DNA of 64,000 bases, from positions 6,634,001 to 6,698,000 of the forward strand of contig CM126225.1 of NCBI GenBank assembly GCA_052327205.1. Reading direction: 5' to 3'. Below are positions 52,301 through 64,000 of this stretch, one piece after another. Positions within the stretch are counted from its first letter, which is position 1. Each line of letters begins with the position of its first letter. Under the pieces are notes generated by a model that saw only the letters and a program-made list of their open reading frames with translations, was not told where the DNA came from and searched no databases. The DNA is from Somniosus microcephalus (Eukaryota). The position numbers and the translations under genes were made by a program.

Positions 52301-52851
52301 TGTTTCTCTTGTATAATCAATCTCTCTCTCTCGGGAGGTTTTCAGAGTTAGGCAGATATACAATGTTTGTACTTCTTTTTACAAATTTACAAAGTGGAAC
52401 AATAACATTCAAACCAACAAAAACATTAGCAATCATTAAAAAAGTTCGCAAAATGCACAAATACATATGTATACATTTTAATTATAGATGATTAAAATGG
52501 ATCTAAAGAATTCGCTTTGGTTCCCTATGTGTCACATCTTGTTCGCTTCTCAATCAGGCTCAAGATTGTTTTCATAGTGTAACATCCCAGATATATCACA
52601 GATAGCTATATATGAAATATAAATTAATGTAAATTGTATGTAAAATTCTATCTGTATGCATATGCAATGTAAGTAAAATACTAGAAAAATATTGTTAGAG
52701 AAATAGACTGAAAAACTACAGCATTCTGAGCCGACCGAAAGACTAATCGTATTGCAGTTCATCCGTGAAGGGCAATGGTTCCCCGGTAGTCATTAATTAA
52801 ATATTTATTGATTTGTTTCCCTCATTTTGAGCAGAAAATATCTATGGCTGT

Positions 52852-53541
52852 TAAGAACGTAAGAAATCGGAGCAGGAATGGGCCATTTGGCCCCTCGAGC
52901 CTGCTCCGCCATTCAATAAGATCATGGCTGATCTTGGGCTCAAAGCCACTCCCCAGCCCGCTCCCCTTACCCTTCACTCCCTTATCTTGCAAAAATTTGT
53001 CTATCTCCACTTTAAATGTATTTAATGTCCCAGCCTCCACAGCTCTCTGGGGCAGAGAATTCCACAGATTTACGACCCTCTGAGAGAAGAAGTTCCTCCT
53101 CATCTCAGTTCTAAAAGGGTGACCCTTTATTCTGAGACTGTGCCCCCAGTTCTAGATTTCCCCACGAGGGGAAACATCCTCTCTGCATCTACCTTGTCGA
53201 GCCCCCTCAGTATCTTATATGTTTCGATAAGATCACCTCTCATTCTTCGAAATTCCAATGAGTATAGGTCCAGCCTGCTCAACCTTTCCTCATGTCAAAC
53301 CCCTCATCTCTGGAATTAACCTAGTGAATCGTCTCTGAACTGCCTCCAATGCAAGTATATCCTTCCTTAAATAAGGAGACCAAAACTGTACGCAATACTC
53401 AAGGTGTGGTCTCACCAATACCCTGTACAGTTGTAGCAGAACTTCCCTGCTTTTATACTCCAACCCCCTTGAAACAAAGGCCAACATTCCATTTGCCTTT
53501 TTGATTACTTGCTGTACCTGCATGCTAATATTTTGTGTTTC
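52852..53541 (-). mobile_element. CR1 LINE 3' fragment
   Basis: KKANGMLAF..LVRPHLEYCVQFWSP..LEAVQRRFTRLIP; RRNFFSQRVVNLWNSLP. Confidence 0.92.
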
Positions 53542-53599
53542 AAGAGGGGCTATATGTAAAAACTGCACGAATGCAGCGCCGGACTAGACTATTTCACTT

Positions 53600-53740
53600 C
53601 CTGCATTATCACTCATGCATCGAGACAGTAATCAATGCACCGAATCATTAATTATTGCACTGGGTTACTAATTAATGCATCGAGTTCCTAAGCAATGAAA
53701 AGAGTTACTAAATCAGTGCATCGAGCCATCAATCAATTCA
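53600..53740. repeat. Degenerate 20-bp tandem repeat (TAATCAATGCATCGAGTTAC-like), ~6-7 copies
   Basis: Periodic taatcaatgca/taattaatgcatcgag units. Confidence 0.75.
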
Positions 53741-53877
53741 TTTTTAAAAGTGTTCTCTAAAGATGTGCGACGCTTGCAAGAGTTGAGGCAACTAGTTAAA
53801 AATTGCAGCATTCTGCAATCTATATTGCTTTTGTTACTAACGTTACGAAAGAGCAGGAAACCATTTGTACGTTTTGT

Positions 53878-54785
53878 TCTTTGGCTGCATCTTGGTTCAG
53901 TGGTAGCACTCTCATTCCAGAGTCAGAGAATCGTGGTCTCTCGCCCCACTTCAGGGATTTGAGCACATCATCTAGGCTGACACGTCACAACAGTACTGAA
54001 GGAAAGCTGCACTGTTCGAGGTGTAGTCTTTGGGATGAGACATCTGGCTCGGTCTGCTTGCTCAGAGGAATGCAAAATATTTCATGGCTCTATTCAAAGA
54101 AGAGCAAGGGAGTTTTCCCGATGTGCTGCCCAAACAACAACCCTCAACCAACATCACTAAAACACAGTAACTGCTCATTTATTTCATAACTGTTTGTGGG
54201 ACCTTGCTATGCGCATATTTGCTGCAGCGTTTGTCTACATGACATCCATGACATACTTCAGAATAATGAATTGATTGCGGTGCTTTGGAATGTCCGGAGG
54301 ACGTGAATGGTGCTCTATAAATGCAATTTATTTATTCAATAGAAAGACTTGCATTTGTACAGCGCTTTTTCACGTGACGTCCAAAAGCGCTTTACAGCCA
54401 ATGAAGTACTTTTTTGAAGTATAATCACTGTTGCAATGTAGGAAATCGGACAGCATGTTTACGCACAGCAAGCTCTCACAAACAGCAATGTGATAATGGC
54501 CAGATAATCTGTTTCAGTGATGAATATTGGCCCCAGGACACGGGGAGAACTCCCCTGCTCTTCTTCGAAATAGTGCCACGGGATCCTTTACGTCCATCTG
54601 AGAGAGCAGACAGGGCCTCGGTTTAACATCGTGTCCAAAAGACGACACCTCCAACAGTGCAGCACTCCCTTAGCATAGAACTGGAGTGTCAGTCTCAATT
54701 TTGGTGCTTAAGCCTCTGGAGTGAGACTTGAACTCACAACCATGACATGACACAGAGGCGAGGGTGCTACCAACTGAGCCACGAC
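53878..54785. mobile_element. Two Deu-SINEs tail-to-tail (+ 53878-54332; - 54342-54785)
   Basis: tRNA heads at the outer ends, L2-type tails meeting at ~54335. Confidence 0.85.
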
Positions 54786-57359
54786 TGAAGCTCAAATCAC
54801 AATATTGAGTAATCACTTCAACGCTGAAGTGATGAATAGAGTTATCATCGACAGCCTTTTTGGTGATCACAAAAGATTTTGGAACCCACAAAACGAAGCG
54901 CAGAATCCCTTTCTTCAATGAGTACTTGCCGATTTCTAAAATCAGAATCAACAACGAACAATCACTGTGCAATCAGTTTCATGGAGAAACAAAATTGTAA
55001 TTAATTAGTTCTCAAGGCCACCAGAAAGAATTTAACAATGCACTTTGATGTATTAAGCAACCAATGCAACGTTTTCTGTGCTATGTTCCATGCTAAAACA
55101 TAAATCCATTGCTCTATTGATATGTTATTCTCCTCACGATTTTGTCACAATAAATTAAAATATTTTTACTGCCTAATACCACTCACACAGAGGAATGTGT
55201 GCTGATTGTCAATAGCTGCTGGGACCAACCATTTAACTATCGATTCCAGATTAGTTTATTATCTTCAATAAAGAAAACTCTAATCCAATGAGATGCTAGA
55301 CCTCACAGAATAAAAACGGCTATTGAAACAAACTCCACTAACCTTTACAGCAAAAAGATTGGATCAGATAATTACAGATAGCCAGATAATAGCAAGCATA
55401 CTTAAATCTGCTCTAGATGTTAATACTTGTAATTGGAAACGGGTAAACGGAGCACTCGTCTGTAACAAGCTTCATTACTTGAAAATATCACCCACTTATG
55501 GAAGGAAACTTTCATCTTTTCTTCCAGTGAGTTTTTTTTTTGGCCGTTTAGAGCATATTCTTCAGGCCCATTACTTGGTAGCTTGTTGCTCAGTAACAAC
55601 AGGGAACAGGGACCTGGATTCTCATTGTATGGTGAGTGGCACAAAAGTAGCACTTGGTGCCAAAGTTTGAGATCTTCATGGAAACTCCCCACCCCAACGT
55701 GGTAACAGCCAAACTCTCAAAGCAATATGGCGCCTGTTGTCATTCCACTAGTAAAAGTCTTTGATCCGCGTTACGGTGCCTGTATGTTAAACTGGTGAAA
55801 TACCCAAGACTTTACTGACAGTAAATTTATAAAAGCAACACCTGGAAATCCTTGTACGCTTGAATTAATTGCCCATGCCTACTTGAATTGTAATGGCATT
55901 CTGTATGCGTTTTGTATTCCATTGAGAGATGATAATACTGGGGAAGGAATTATTTCTAGGTCGGGCTTCTGATGTCAGCATCAAGCACTTTCTGCTTCGA
56001 TAGATGATTGTTAGATGCTGCAACAATGTTAGATCCCCCAACCTCTAAAGTGCCTCGCTACTGAACCAGTGTGACATGCCCCACACCAATCATCCAGTGG
56101 ACATTTTTAAGTAATGCAAATTTATATATTGTGCAATAAAAATAGTACAAATACGAGCATTTAGAAGCGCATCCAGTACCTACAAATTCATATTTTGTCA
56201 TAAGTTGCTACACTGCCACTTTCATGCCGTTTCGGATAGGCATCCGTGTGAAAATATCAGTATAGTTGGTGTCAAATCGTAATCAAACCACCGCAATAAG
56301 AATGCATTTACATTGCTGTGGGAGGCAATGTCCGCTGTACACTGGCTAAATCAGGGTAAATCTGGAGTCAGGGTCAAAGCAACTGTTGGGAACAAGTTCT
56401 GCACGTCCGTATATCCTGGGCAGGAGGGTTCGAATTCCAGTCATTCAGGAGCCGAGTAATGTAAGTGTGGGCGTAACCCAAACTGCTGCAACCACCCTCA
56501 AACTGTAGCTGCAGTGTAAACCCAACATAAAGCCAAGCAGCCTGCGATTTCCAGGAGCAAGTCCACGTCAGTTCAGTTTACAGTGGCTACAGCATAACTC
56601 TATCCTAGTACAAAGCCCCATTTGAAAAGTGTCCAGGCGCTCCATTGGTCCAGTAGGAGCTTTAAAACATCGGATTCCTTTCAATGCTAAGAGAGAATGT
56701 TAACCTCGTCTTTCCTAATGTTAAAAATTAAGTGCCCAGGTAACTAAGCTCAACACTTGCGCTCAGGCGCACACATGCAGATATCCTTTGTGTCAAACCT
56801 TCCTGTGGCCTGAAGGAATCCGCAGTTCGCAGCGTATCTGTAGTTTGCTGTTTTGGATCATGCATCACACATACTGATCTGGATGCAAAGAATAGTTATA
56901 ACTGTGAACTACATTCTGTTCTCAGGTGGAAATATCTGCATTCTCGAGCAAAATAAAGGATTACAAGTTTACGCAGAAGGTCTAAAAATGCACTTGAGCA
57001 GTTTCAACCCTCCATGACACTGTCCCGGAGTGAGATGGCCTCCCCAAGGAGGATCCTGCACCACTTGGCCTCAGTGCCTTCCAGACTTGACTCCAGGGTT
57101 ATGCTGCCACTTTTGGGTCAATGAGTAACCAAAACCAACGCACAATAAGTAGCAAAATAAAACCAGCCTTATACGGCTGCTACTGGTGGCTACGTAATTG
57201 ATTCCAACCTAGCAATACGTGATTGTGACTCTAATTTAAACTCTGGTAGCCAGGACAGAGATCTAAGCATGATAGCTGATAATCATTCATGGAGCTTCGC
57301 TGCAGGTCTATACGTTGGACTCTTTTCAGAGCAGAGACCAGGGATCTGCTTTCCTGAAA

Positions 57360-58122
57360 CATCCCCTTTCAGCATTCTGAAGGGACCGCTCCCTCCGCGA
57401 CACCCTGGTCCACTCCTCAATCACCCCCAACAGCCCTTCTCCTTCGCCTGGCACCTTCCCGTGCAAGCGCAGGAGATGCAACACATGCCCTTTTACCTCC
57501 TCCCTTCCCACTGTCCAGGGCCCCAAACACCCCTTCCAGGCGAAACAGCAATTTATTTGTACTTCTTGCAATTTAATATACTGTATTCGCTGCTCACGAT
57601 GTGGTCTCGTCTACATTGGGGAGACCAAACGCAGATTGGGCGGCCGCTTTGTGGAACACCTCCGTTCAGTCTGTAAGGGTGACCCTGAGCTTCCAGTCAC
57701 CTGTCACTTTAATTCTCCGCTTCACTCCCACTCTGATCTCTCTGTCCTCGGCCTACTACATTGTTCCAATGAAGCTCAACGTAAGCTTGAGGAACAGCAC
57801 CTCATCTTTCGATTGGGCACTTTACAGCCTTCCGGACTCAATATCGAGTTCAACAATTTCAGATAATAATCCCTGCCCCCATTTTTCATGCAGTATGATT
57901 TTGCCATTTCCATTTGCAACATTTTCACAGTATGTTCTTTCAATTCCTTCCTCCCCTCCTAACCACCCCCCCCCCGTCTCTGCACCTGCTTAATATCTGT
58001 TACATTTCAAGCTTTTTCCAGTTCTGATGAAGGGTCCCAGACCTGAAACGTTAACTCTGTTTCTCTCTCCACGGATGCTGCCTGGCCTGCTGAGTATTTC
58101 CAGCATTTTCTGTTGTTATTGC
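57360..58122 (+). mobile_element. Penelope-like retroelement 3' fragment with GIY-YIG endonuclease and pLTR tail
   Basis: Stop-free frame 57381-57866: RDRSLRDTLVHS..PCKRRRCNTC..NLIYCIRCSRCGLVYIGETKRRL..RFVEH..CHFN..EQHLIFRLGTLQPSGLN. Confidence 0.92.
58020..58056 (+). ncRNA. Minimal type-I hammerhead ribozyme motif (PLE type)
   Basis: Stem I AGTT/AACT, core CTGATGA, stem II (A)GGGTC-CCA-GACCT, GAAA, palindromic ACGT stem III, predicted cleavage after GUU (58052). Confidence 0.6.
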
Positions 58123-58384
58123 AGTGTATAAGATGTCCAAGTGGCCCAGAAAACCCTGTGAACATTTTCTAACCCCGGGTTGAAACTGTGTTTGAGCAAC
58201 CATCCATAAAGCTGCCATTCCATGGTCTTTAAATAAGATGAGATTTCAAATGGAGTGCAGTTTCTGCTGTGGGACCATGCCCACTAGCAACTGGATTGAG
58301 ATTGATTGAACTTATTTTGATCCAATAAAGAATTATAAATCCCACGAAGAATTATAAATCCAATAAAGAATTAGAAATCCAATA

Positions 58385-58645
58385 ATGATTTCAGGAGAAA
58401 CTTATTTACTTAGAGAGTGGTGAGATTATGAAACCTGCTACCACATGAAGTAGTTGAGGCGACTAGCATAGATGAATTTAAGGGGCAGCTAGGTAAGTAC
58501 ATGAGAGAGAAAGGAATAGAAGGATATGTTGATGGGGTGAGATGAAGTGGGGTGGGAGGAGGTTCGTGTGGAGCATAAACACCGGCACGGACCAGGTGGG
58601 CTGAATGGCCTGTTTCTGTGTTGTAAATTCTATGTAATTTTATGT
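58385..58645 (+). mobile_element. CR1 LINE 3' end
   Basis: Same tail family as the - strand fragment starting at 21388. Confidence 0.8.
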
Positions 58646-59534
58646 ATAGTGTTAAAGTCAAGCAATGCGAAAGGCACTTCCAAGGAATGTCACAGCATCC
58701 ATTCTGAAGTCAGATGAGGACCTGACACTGAGCTATACTGCCACAATAGAAATACTGTGAAGCAGAAATCACTTCACAGGCAACGCAAACTTAACAGTAT
58801 AATCTCGCCCTAAGACGCCTGAGGACAAGGTTCCGTCAAACCAATCAACTAATAAACTGTCCTGCAAAGAAATTGTTTGTGAAACCGCGTTAAAATATGT
58901 CTGTGGTTGATTTTATCCAAGTTAGAGGAATAAATTAGAGTTCCCAGCAACGATTGCAATCCTTGCTAGCCACAAGTATAAAATAATTTACATTGGAATA
59001 AGAAAAGCCTTTTCTCCCTCGTCATTCTCTCTTAACTTTTCCTTCCATCCTTTGTGTATTCTCTTTTCTCCCTTTCTCTAGCTCTTTACCTGTTTTCTCA
59101 CCATATCCTCTGGCATTCTCCTTTTCCCCTAATCTTTCTCGGTATCTCTCTTTATTCTTAATCCCTACATCCCTTCTCTTCTAACTCTGTCCACATCTCT
59201 TCTATAGGCTCGACGCTTTTCCCCCTCCCCACACTGTTCTGCACTCTCTCCTTGGGTCTTGTTCCTTCTCGCTCTCCAAGGTAGCATGAAATTTCAAACG
59301 TTTCTATTGTTCCATGTGTCTGCAAAATATCCGTGCACTCGGCTATAAACGCACACCAACTATGAGGCTTGTAGAGGTAGCTAGAGAATAGTAACAGGAC
59401 TATCGTAACTGATCGAGATTTTTAGATGTGTAACTTTTACAGTTTCGTTTTTATACTTTTATTCTACATGAATCATCCTGTTATTTAACCTGTTTTGGTC
59501 ATCGTATTATGTGATATTTTATCTGATTTTTAAA

Positions 59535-59985
59535 AATTAATTCACAGGATGTGCGCGTCGCTGGCAAGGCCGGCATTTATCACTCATCCTTAATTGCCCT
59601 TGGGAAGGTGGTGGTGAGCCACCTTCTTGAACCACTGCACTCTGTGTGGCGAAGGTACTCCCACAGTGACTTTGTCGTAGTGGCTTGGTACAACTGAATG
59701 GCTTGCTAGGCCATTTCAGAGGACAGTTAAGAGTCAACCACATTGCTGTGAGTCTGGAGTCACATATAGGCCAGACGGGGTAAGGATGGCAGATTTCCTT
59801 CCCTAAACGACATTAGTGAGCCAGATGGGCTTTTAGGACAATCCAGCAGTTTCATGTTCACCATTACTGATACTAGCTTTTATATTCCAGATTCATTTAA
59901 TTAACTGAATTTAAATTCCCCACCTACTGTTAGTCCAGGCCCCTGGATGACTTGTCCAGTAAAATAACCACAATGCTACCGTTTA
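59535..59985 (-). mobile_element. tRNA-derived SINE, second family, with extended LINE-derived tail
   Basis: Core as at 37783; 59545-59668 matches the reverse complement of the LINE 3' end at ~45612-45730. Confidence 0.85.
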
Positions 59986-60029
59986 CCGTTATAATGTTAC
60001 TTGCGTTTATATAACGGCTTATCAATACA

Positions 60030-61295
60030 ATGACGAATTTATATAGCGCCTTTATTACGTCCCAAGACGCTTCACAGAGGTGTAACTCAAATGAAACGGA
60101 CGCAGAACCAAAGAAGGATAGATTAGGAGCGGTGTTCAAAAGCGTGGTCAGAGGAGTGGGTTTTATGGAGGGTCTTAAAGGAGGAGAGGGAGTTGAAGAG
60201 GTGGAAAGGTTTAGGGAGGGAATTCTAGAGTGCGGAGCCTAGGCAGCTGAAGGCACACATGTCAGTGGTGGGAGGGATACACAAGAGGCCAGAGTTAGAG
60301 GAACGGAGCGTTGGGGGAGTGGGATTGTAGGGGTGGGGGAGAATACAGAGATAGGGAGGGCGTGGCTGTGAAGGGATTGAAACACTAGATTGAGAATTTA
60401 GAATTTGAGGCATTGGAGGACGCAAGACACTGAAGGCAGAGTTGATGGGTTAGTTGGACTTGCTGTAGGATAGCATAGGGGTAACCGAGTTTTGGAGAGA
60501 CCAACCAGGAGAGCAATGGAATTGCCGTTTGGAGGTGACAGAGGCATGTGGGAGAGTTTTAGAGGTGGCTAGACTGAGGAAGGGATGGAGCCTAACGGTG
60601 TTATGGAATTGGGTAGGCATTGTTGTGGAGAGCGTATCAGGTTGGAAGCGCAGCTCAGGGTCAAATAGGACGCCAGGATTTCGAGACAGTGGCCAGGGAG
60701 AGGGATGGAATGGTGGCAAGGATATGAAGTTCTTGACAGATTGATGAGAGCAATGGCTTCAGTTTTCCCAAAGTTCAACTGGATATTATCCAAGATTCCA
60801 CGTTGGACAAACAGTCTGACGACAAAAAGGCAGTGGAGGGGTCGAGGGAAGTAGTGGAGAAGTAATGCTGGGTGTTCTCAGTGTACAGGTGGACGCTCAA
60901 CCCATGTCTGCAGATGATGTCGCCAAGGGACAGCCAGCAGATGTGGAAGAGAGAGGGCAAGGATAGATACTTGGGGCAATGGTGCGGGGCTGGGAAGACA
61001 AGTCATTGCTAGAGATGCCCTGGCTTTCGTCAGGTAGGTAAGACTGGAACCAAAGGAAGGCAGTCCTATTGAGTTAGACAGCAGAGGAACGGCTTTAAAG
61101 GAGGATGTTGTGGTAAACCATGTCAAAGGCTGCTGATTTTGAGGAGGATGAAGAGGGATGGTGCACCACAGTCACAGGGGTGTCGTTTGTGACTTTGGAT
61201 AGGGCAGTTTCAGTACTATGGCAGGGCAGAAACCTGATTGAAGAAATCGAAAGTGGGAGTTACATGAAAGATGGCATGGATTTGGGAGGCGACAT
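60030..61295 (-). mobile_element. Degenerate L2 LINE
   Basis: LGDIICRHGLSVHLYTENTQHY, IQLNFGKTEA and an L2 tail. Confidence 0.8.
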
Positions 61296-63524
61296 CAAAA
61301 TGTTACAAAGAGCTTCCCGCAATGGTTTACTTTTGGAGGGTAGCGCCTTGTGGATGTTTGCGGTTGTTGCGTTTTACTCTGTGGTGCTCATGTTTGCACT
61401 CAACGCATTTCACTTCCCTTTGAATGCCAGCCAGCCATTTCACCAGATTTTAAAACAGGAGGGTTACAGCAAACAATCATAGCGAGATCAGATGAAATGC
61501 CACGCCCAGGTTCGAGAATGGTTAATTTTGATTATTATACACCTCATATTATAACCGCTACATCTCTGTTGTTCAGATCGCTGGAACTGCCCTGTCTTGG
61601 GTCGACTCTTACCTACCCGACCGCAGTAAACTGTTGAGAGTCTATAATATTAAAAATTACAGAGGGTCATTGGGAAGGAGTGGGTTGGATGGGGTGAACA
61701 GTCTCTTATTCCACAATGTCCTGCGTTCTTATCGACACCACCAACGTTATTTCCAACTGACTGTCATCATTTATATGACAACCTTCTTGTTACACTAATT
61801 TAATTCTTCCGTGTGAATACTTCAATTTTTATAAAAATACAATGACTCTACTTAACGCATTTCTGACTATATAATTACATTACGGTTTTGTATAGCCATC
61901 TCAGTTGTAACTAGATTGGAGCCGGAACTGTTGTTATTTCGCTGGGCCGAGACGTTGGTCAAATGAAATATCAACGATTTAAGATATGAGGTTCTTAAGG
62001 TCGGGATTTGAAGAGGGGATTTCGCCCAAAAATGAGGCCATTTTTCTCATCAACTTAGTCAACGTGAAGGATGCAATAACTGATTAGCATGCACGGTGGA
62101 TACCACAATACTAAGTAATGAGACAGTTTTTATCACGTAGCTGTCACTTTTGTTGGGTTGTTATAAACTGCACTAGCGTACATTACACCACACTGGGTGA
62201 CTGCATTAATTTAGTCCATGCTATAATTTATTTGAACAGGATTAAAAGCTGCAGTGCGCTCCCTGCCAACATTTTGTGCATTCAAGGTCGAGGTGACGGT
62301 CTGCTCAGGCACTGAGCCACATCCTGGGTAAACAACAATAAGAATAACTGACTAGAAAGTGAATACAAATTGTAAAGTATACATCAGATGACAAACATCT
62401 CTTTACTTTTGTACTGAAATAGATTCCGGCATAAAAAAGAAACCTGGTCAAGTTGTAAATCTGAAATAAGACAAAAACAGAGTTGTGCATTTAAACCATC
62501 TAATGTTCCATTCTCGTGCAAGCCCTTGCAGGAATTGTGTAGCATAAATGATGTAAGGCACCAAATTCAATGCAGAAAATGGGCACGTAAACAGAAATTT
62601 ACAGATCACTTCGTTTGTAAAGCGACCTTGCAGCTCCTGCAGCATCTGTACCGGCGGCGCTTTTAGTGCTCACCACTTGGCTAATGAAGGGGATATTGCC
62701 GTGTATTTCCATAACGCATGCGTGATGTTTAAAAAAATCACAAATATAACATAACTATGACAAAGTGGCAATTCAAAACAGCTTAATTTGATTTTTTTAA
62801 TACAAAATTCATAAAAATGCTAATTGAAATTATTTTCCCCAACTAATAAAATGCCACCCGAGTTTAAAACGGCTACAGCTAGGCAGCCGTGTAAGATGGT
62901 AAATATCTCCATTTGCGACGGGTAGTCACTCACTTGTGAGGTATTTGGTCTGATGAACGAGTTGCACCCCGAAATGTCATCCTGTTTTTCCCCCTCTCTT
63001 TTCTGGTGCTGGTAGACCTGCTGTGTATTCCCAACGTTTTCTATTTCAATTTGTTCAGCCTTGTTAGTGGATCATCTCCTGACCCCCAAAGCCACCATCT
63101 ACAAGGCGCATCAGGAGCGTGGAACACTCGCCAGTTGCCTGGATGGGGGAAGCCGCAAAAACGTTCAAGAAGCTTGACACCTTCCAGGGAAGAGCAGTGA
63201 TTGGGTATCGTTGCCGCTAGGCTCAATACCCATCACCCTCTCGGTGTATGTACTATCTATACTGCAGTAACTCATCAAGTTTACTTAGACATCCCCTCAA
63301 GAAGGGCAAGAAGAGAAACTTGATGGTAACACCATCACCTGCAAGGCACACATCATCCTGACCTGCACACTCACTGTTCCGGACCGCAAAACGTTCATTG
63401 CCTCTTGAGATTTATAGGGGCAAAAAATGAAAACATATTTCCCACCCTCAGGGTAAGTGAGCTATATCTTCATACTGCAAGGATGGATCGAATGGCCTTC
63501 TCTTACTTTCTAGATGAGATTAAC

Positions 63525-64000
63525 AACAACAACAACTTGCATTTATATAGCGCCTTTAACGTAGTAGAACGACCCAAGGTGCTTCACAAAAGAGTTATCA
63601 AACAAAATTTGACACCGAGTCCCATAGGGGATATTAGGGCAGGTTGGTCAAATATGTAGGTTTTAAGGAGCGTCTTAAAGGAGGTGAGAGAGGCAGAGAG
63701 GTGGAGAGGTTTAGGGAGGGAATTCCAGGGCTTAGGGCCTCAGCAGCTGAAGGCACGGCCGCCAATGGTGGAGCGATTAAAATCGGTGAGGCGCAAGAGG
63801 CCGGAATTGGAGGAGTGCAGAGATCTCGGAGGGTTGCAGGATTGGAAGAAATTACAAAGATAGGGAGGGGTGAGGCCATGGAGGGATTTGAAAACAACGA
63901 TGAGAATTTTAAAATCGAGGCTTAACCGGGAGCCAATGTAGGTCAGCGAGCACAGGGGTGATGGGTGAATGGGACTTGGTGCAAGTTAGGTTACAGGCAG
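63525..64000 (-). mobile_element. L2 LINE 3' fragment (runs off the window)
   Basis: Reverse complement closely matches 18215-18675. Confidence 0.9.

Noticed and set aside
34300-64000. Intact Hox13 expected upstream
   Set aside because: No Hox13 exon-1 or homeobox ORF in the track or by eye; presumably beyond the right edge.

Overview
Eukaryotic (vertebrate) DNA, most likely a cartilaginous fish, judged from the repeats (Deu-domain SINEs, CR1 and L2 LINEs, Penelope-like elements). The only intact coding exon is exon 1 of a paralog-group-10 Hox gene on the minus strand (3129-3852); its homeobox exon was not found and should lie left of the window. No intact Hox gene occurs in the ~60 kb upstream, which points to the HoxB10-HoxB13 interval. 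Main discovery from reading the minus strand by eye: two decayed Hox genes in the expected order and orientation. One is a Hox11-like pseudogene (~24748-25941) with both exons recognisable, including the NKEK and EKK homeodomain signatures. The other is a weaker Hox12-like pseudogene (~32943-34151). If this is HoxB, they are candidate fossils of HoxB11 and HoxB12, which I do not know as genes in any jawed vertebrate. Also seen: minimal hammerhead-ribozyme motifs in Penelope tails, SINE/LINE shared 3' ends, CTCF/RFX/nuclear-receptor motif clusters, several inverted and tandem repeats, and two N gaps. Reference Hox and repeat sequences were compared from memory; no database searches were run and repeat boundaries are approximate.
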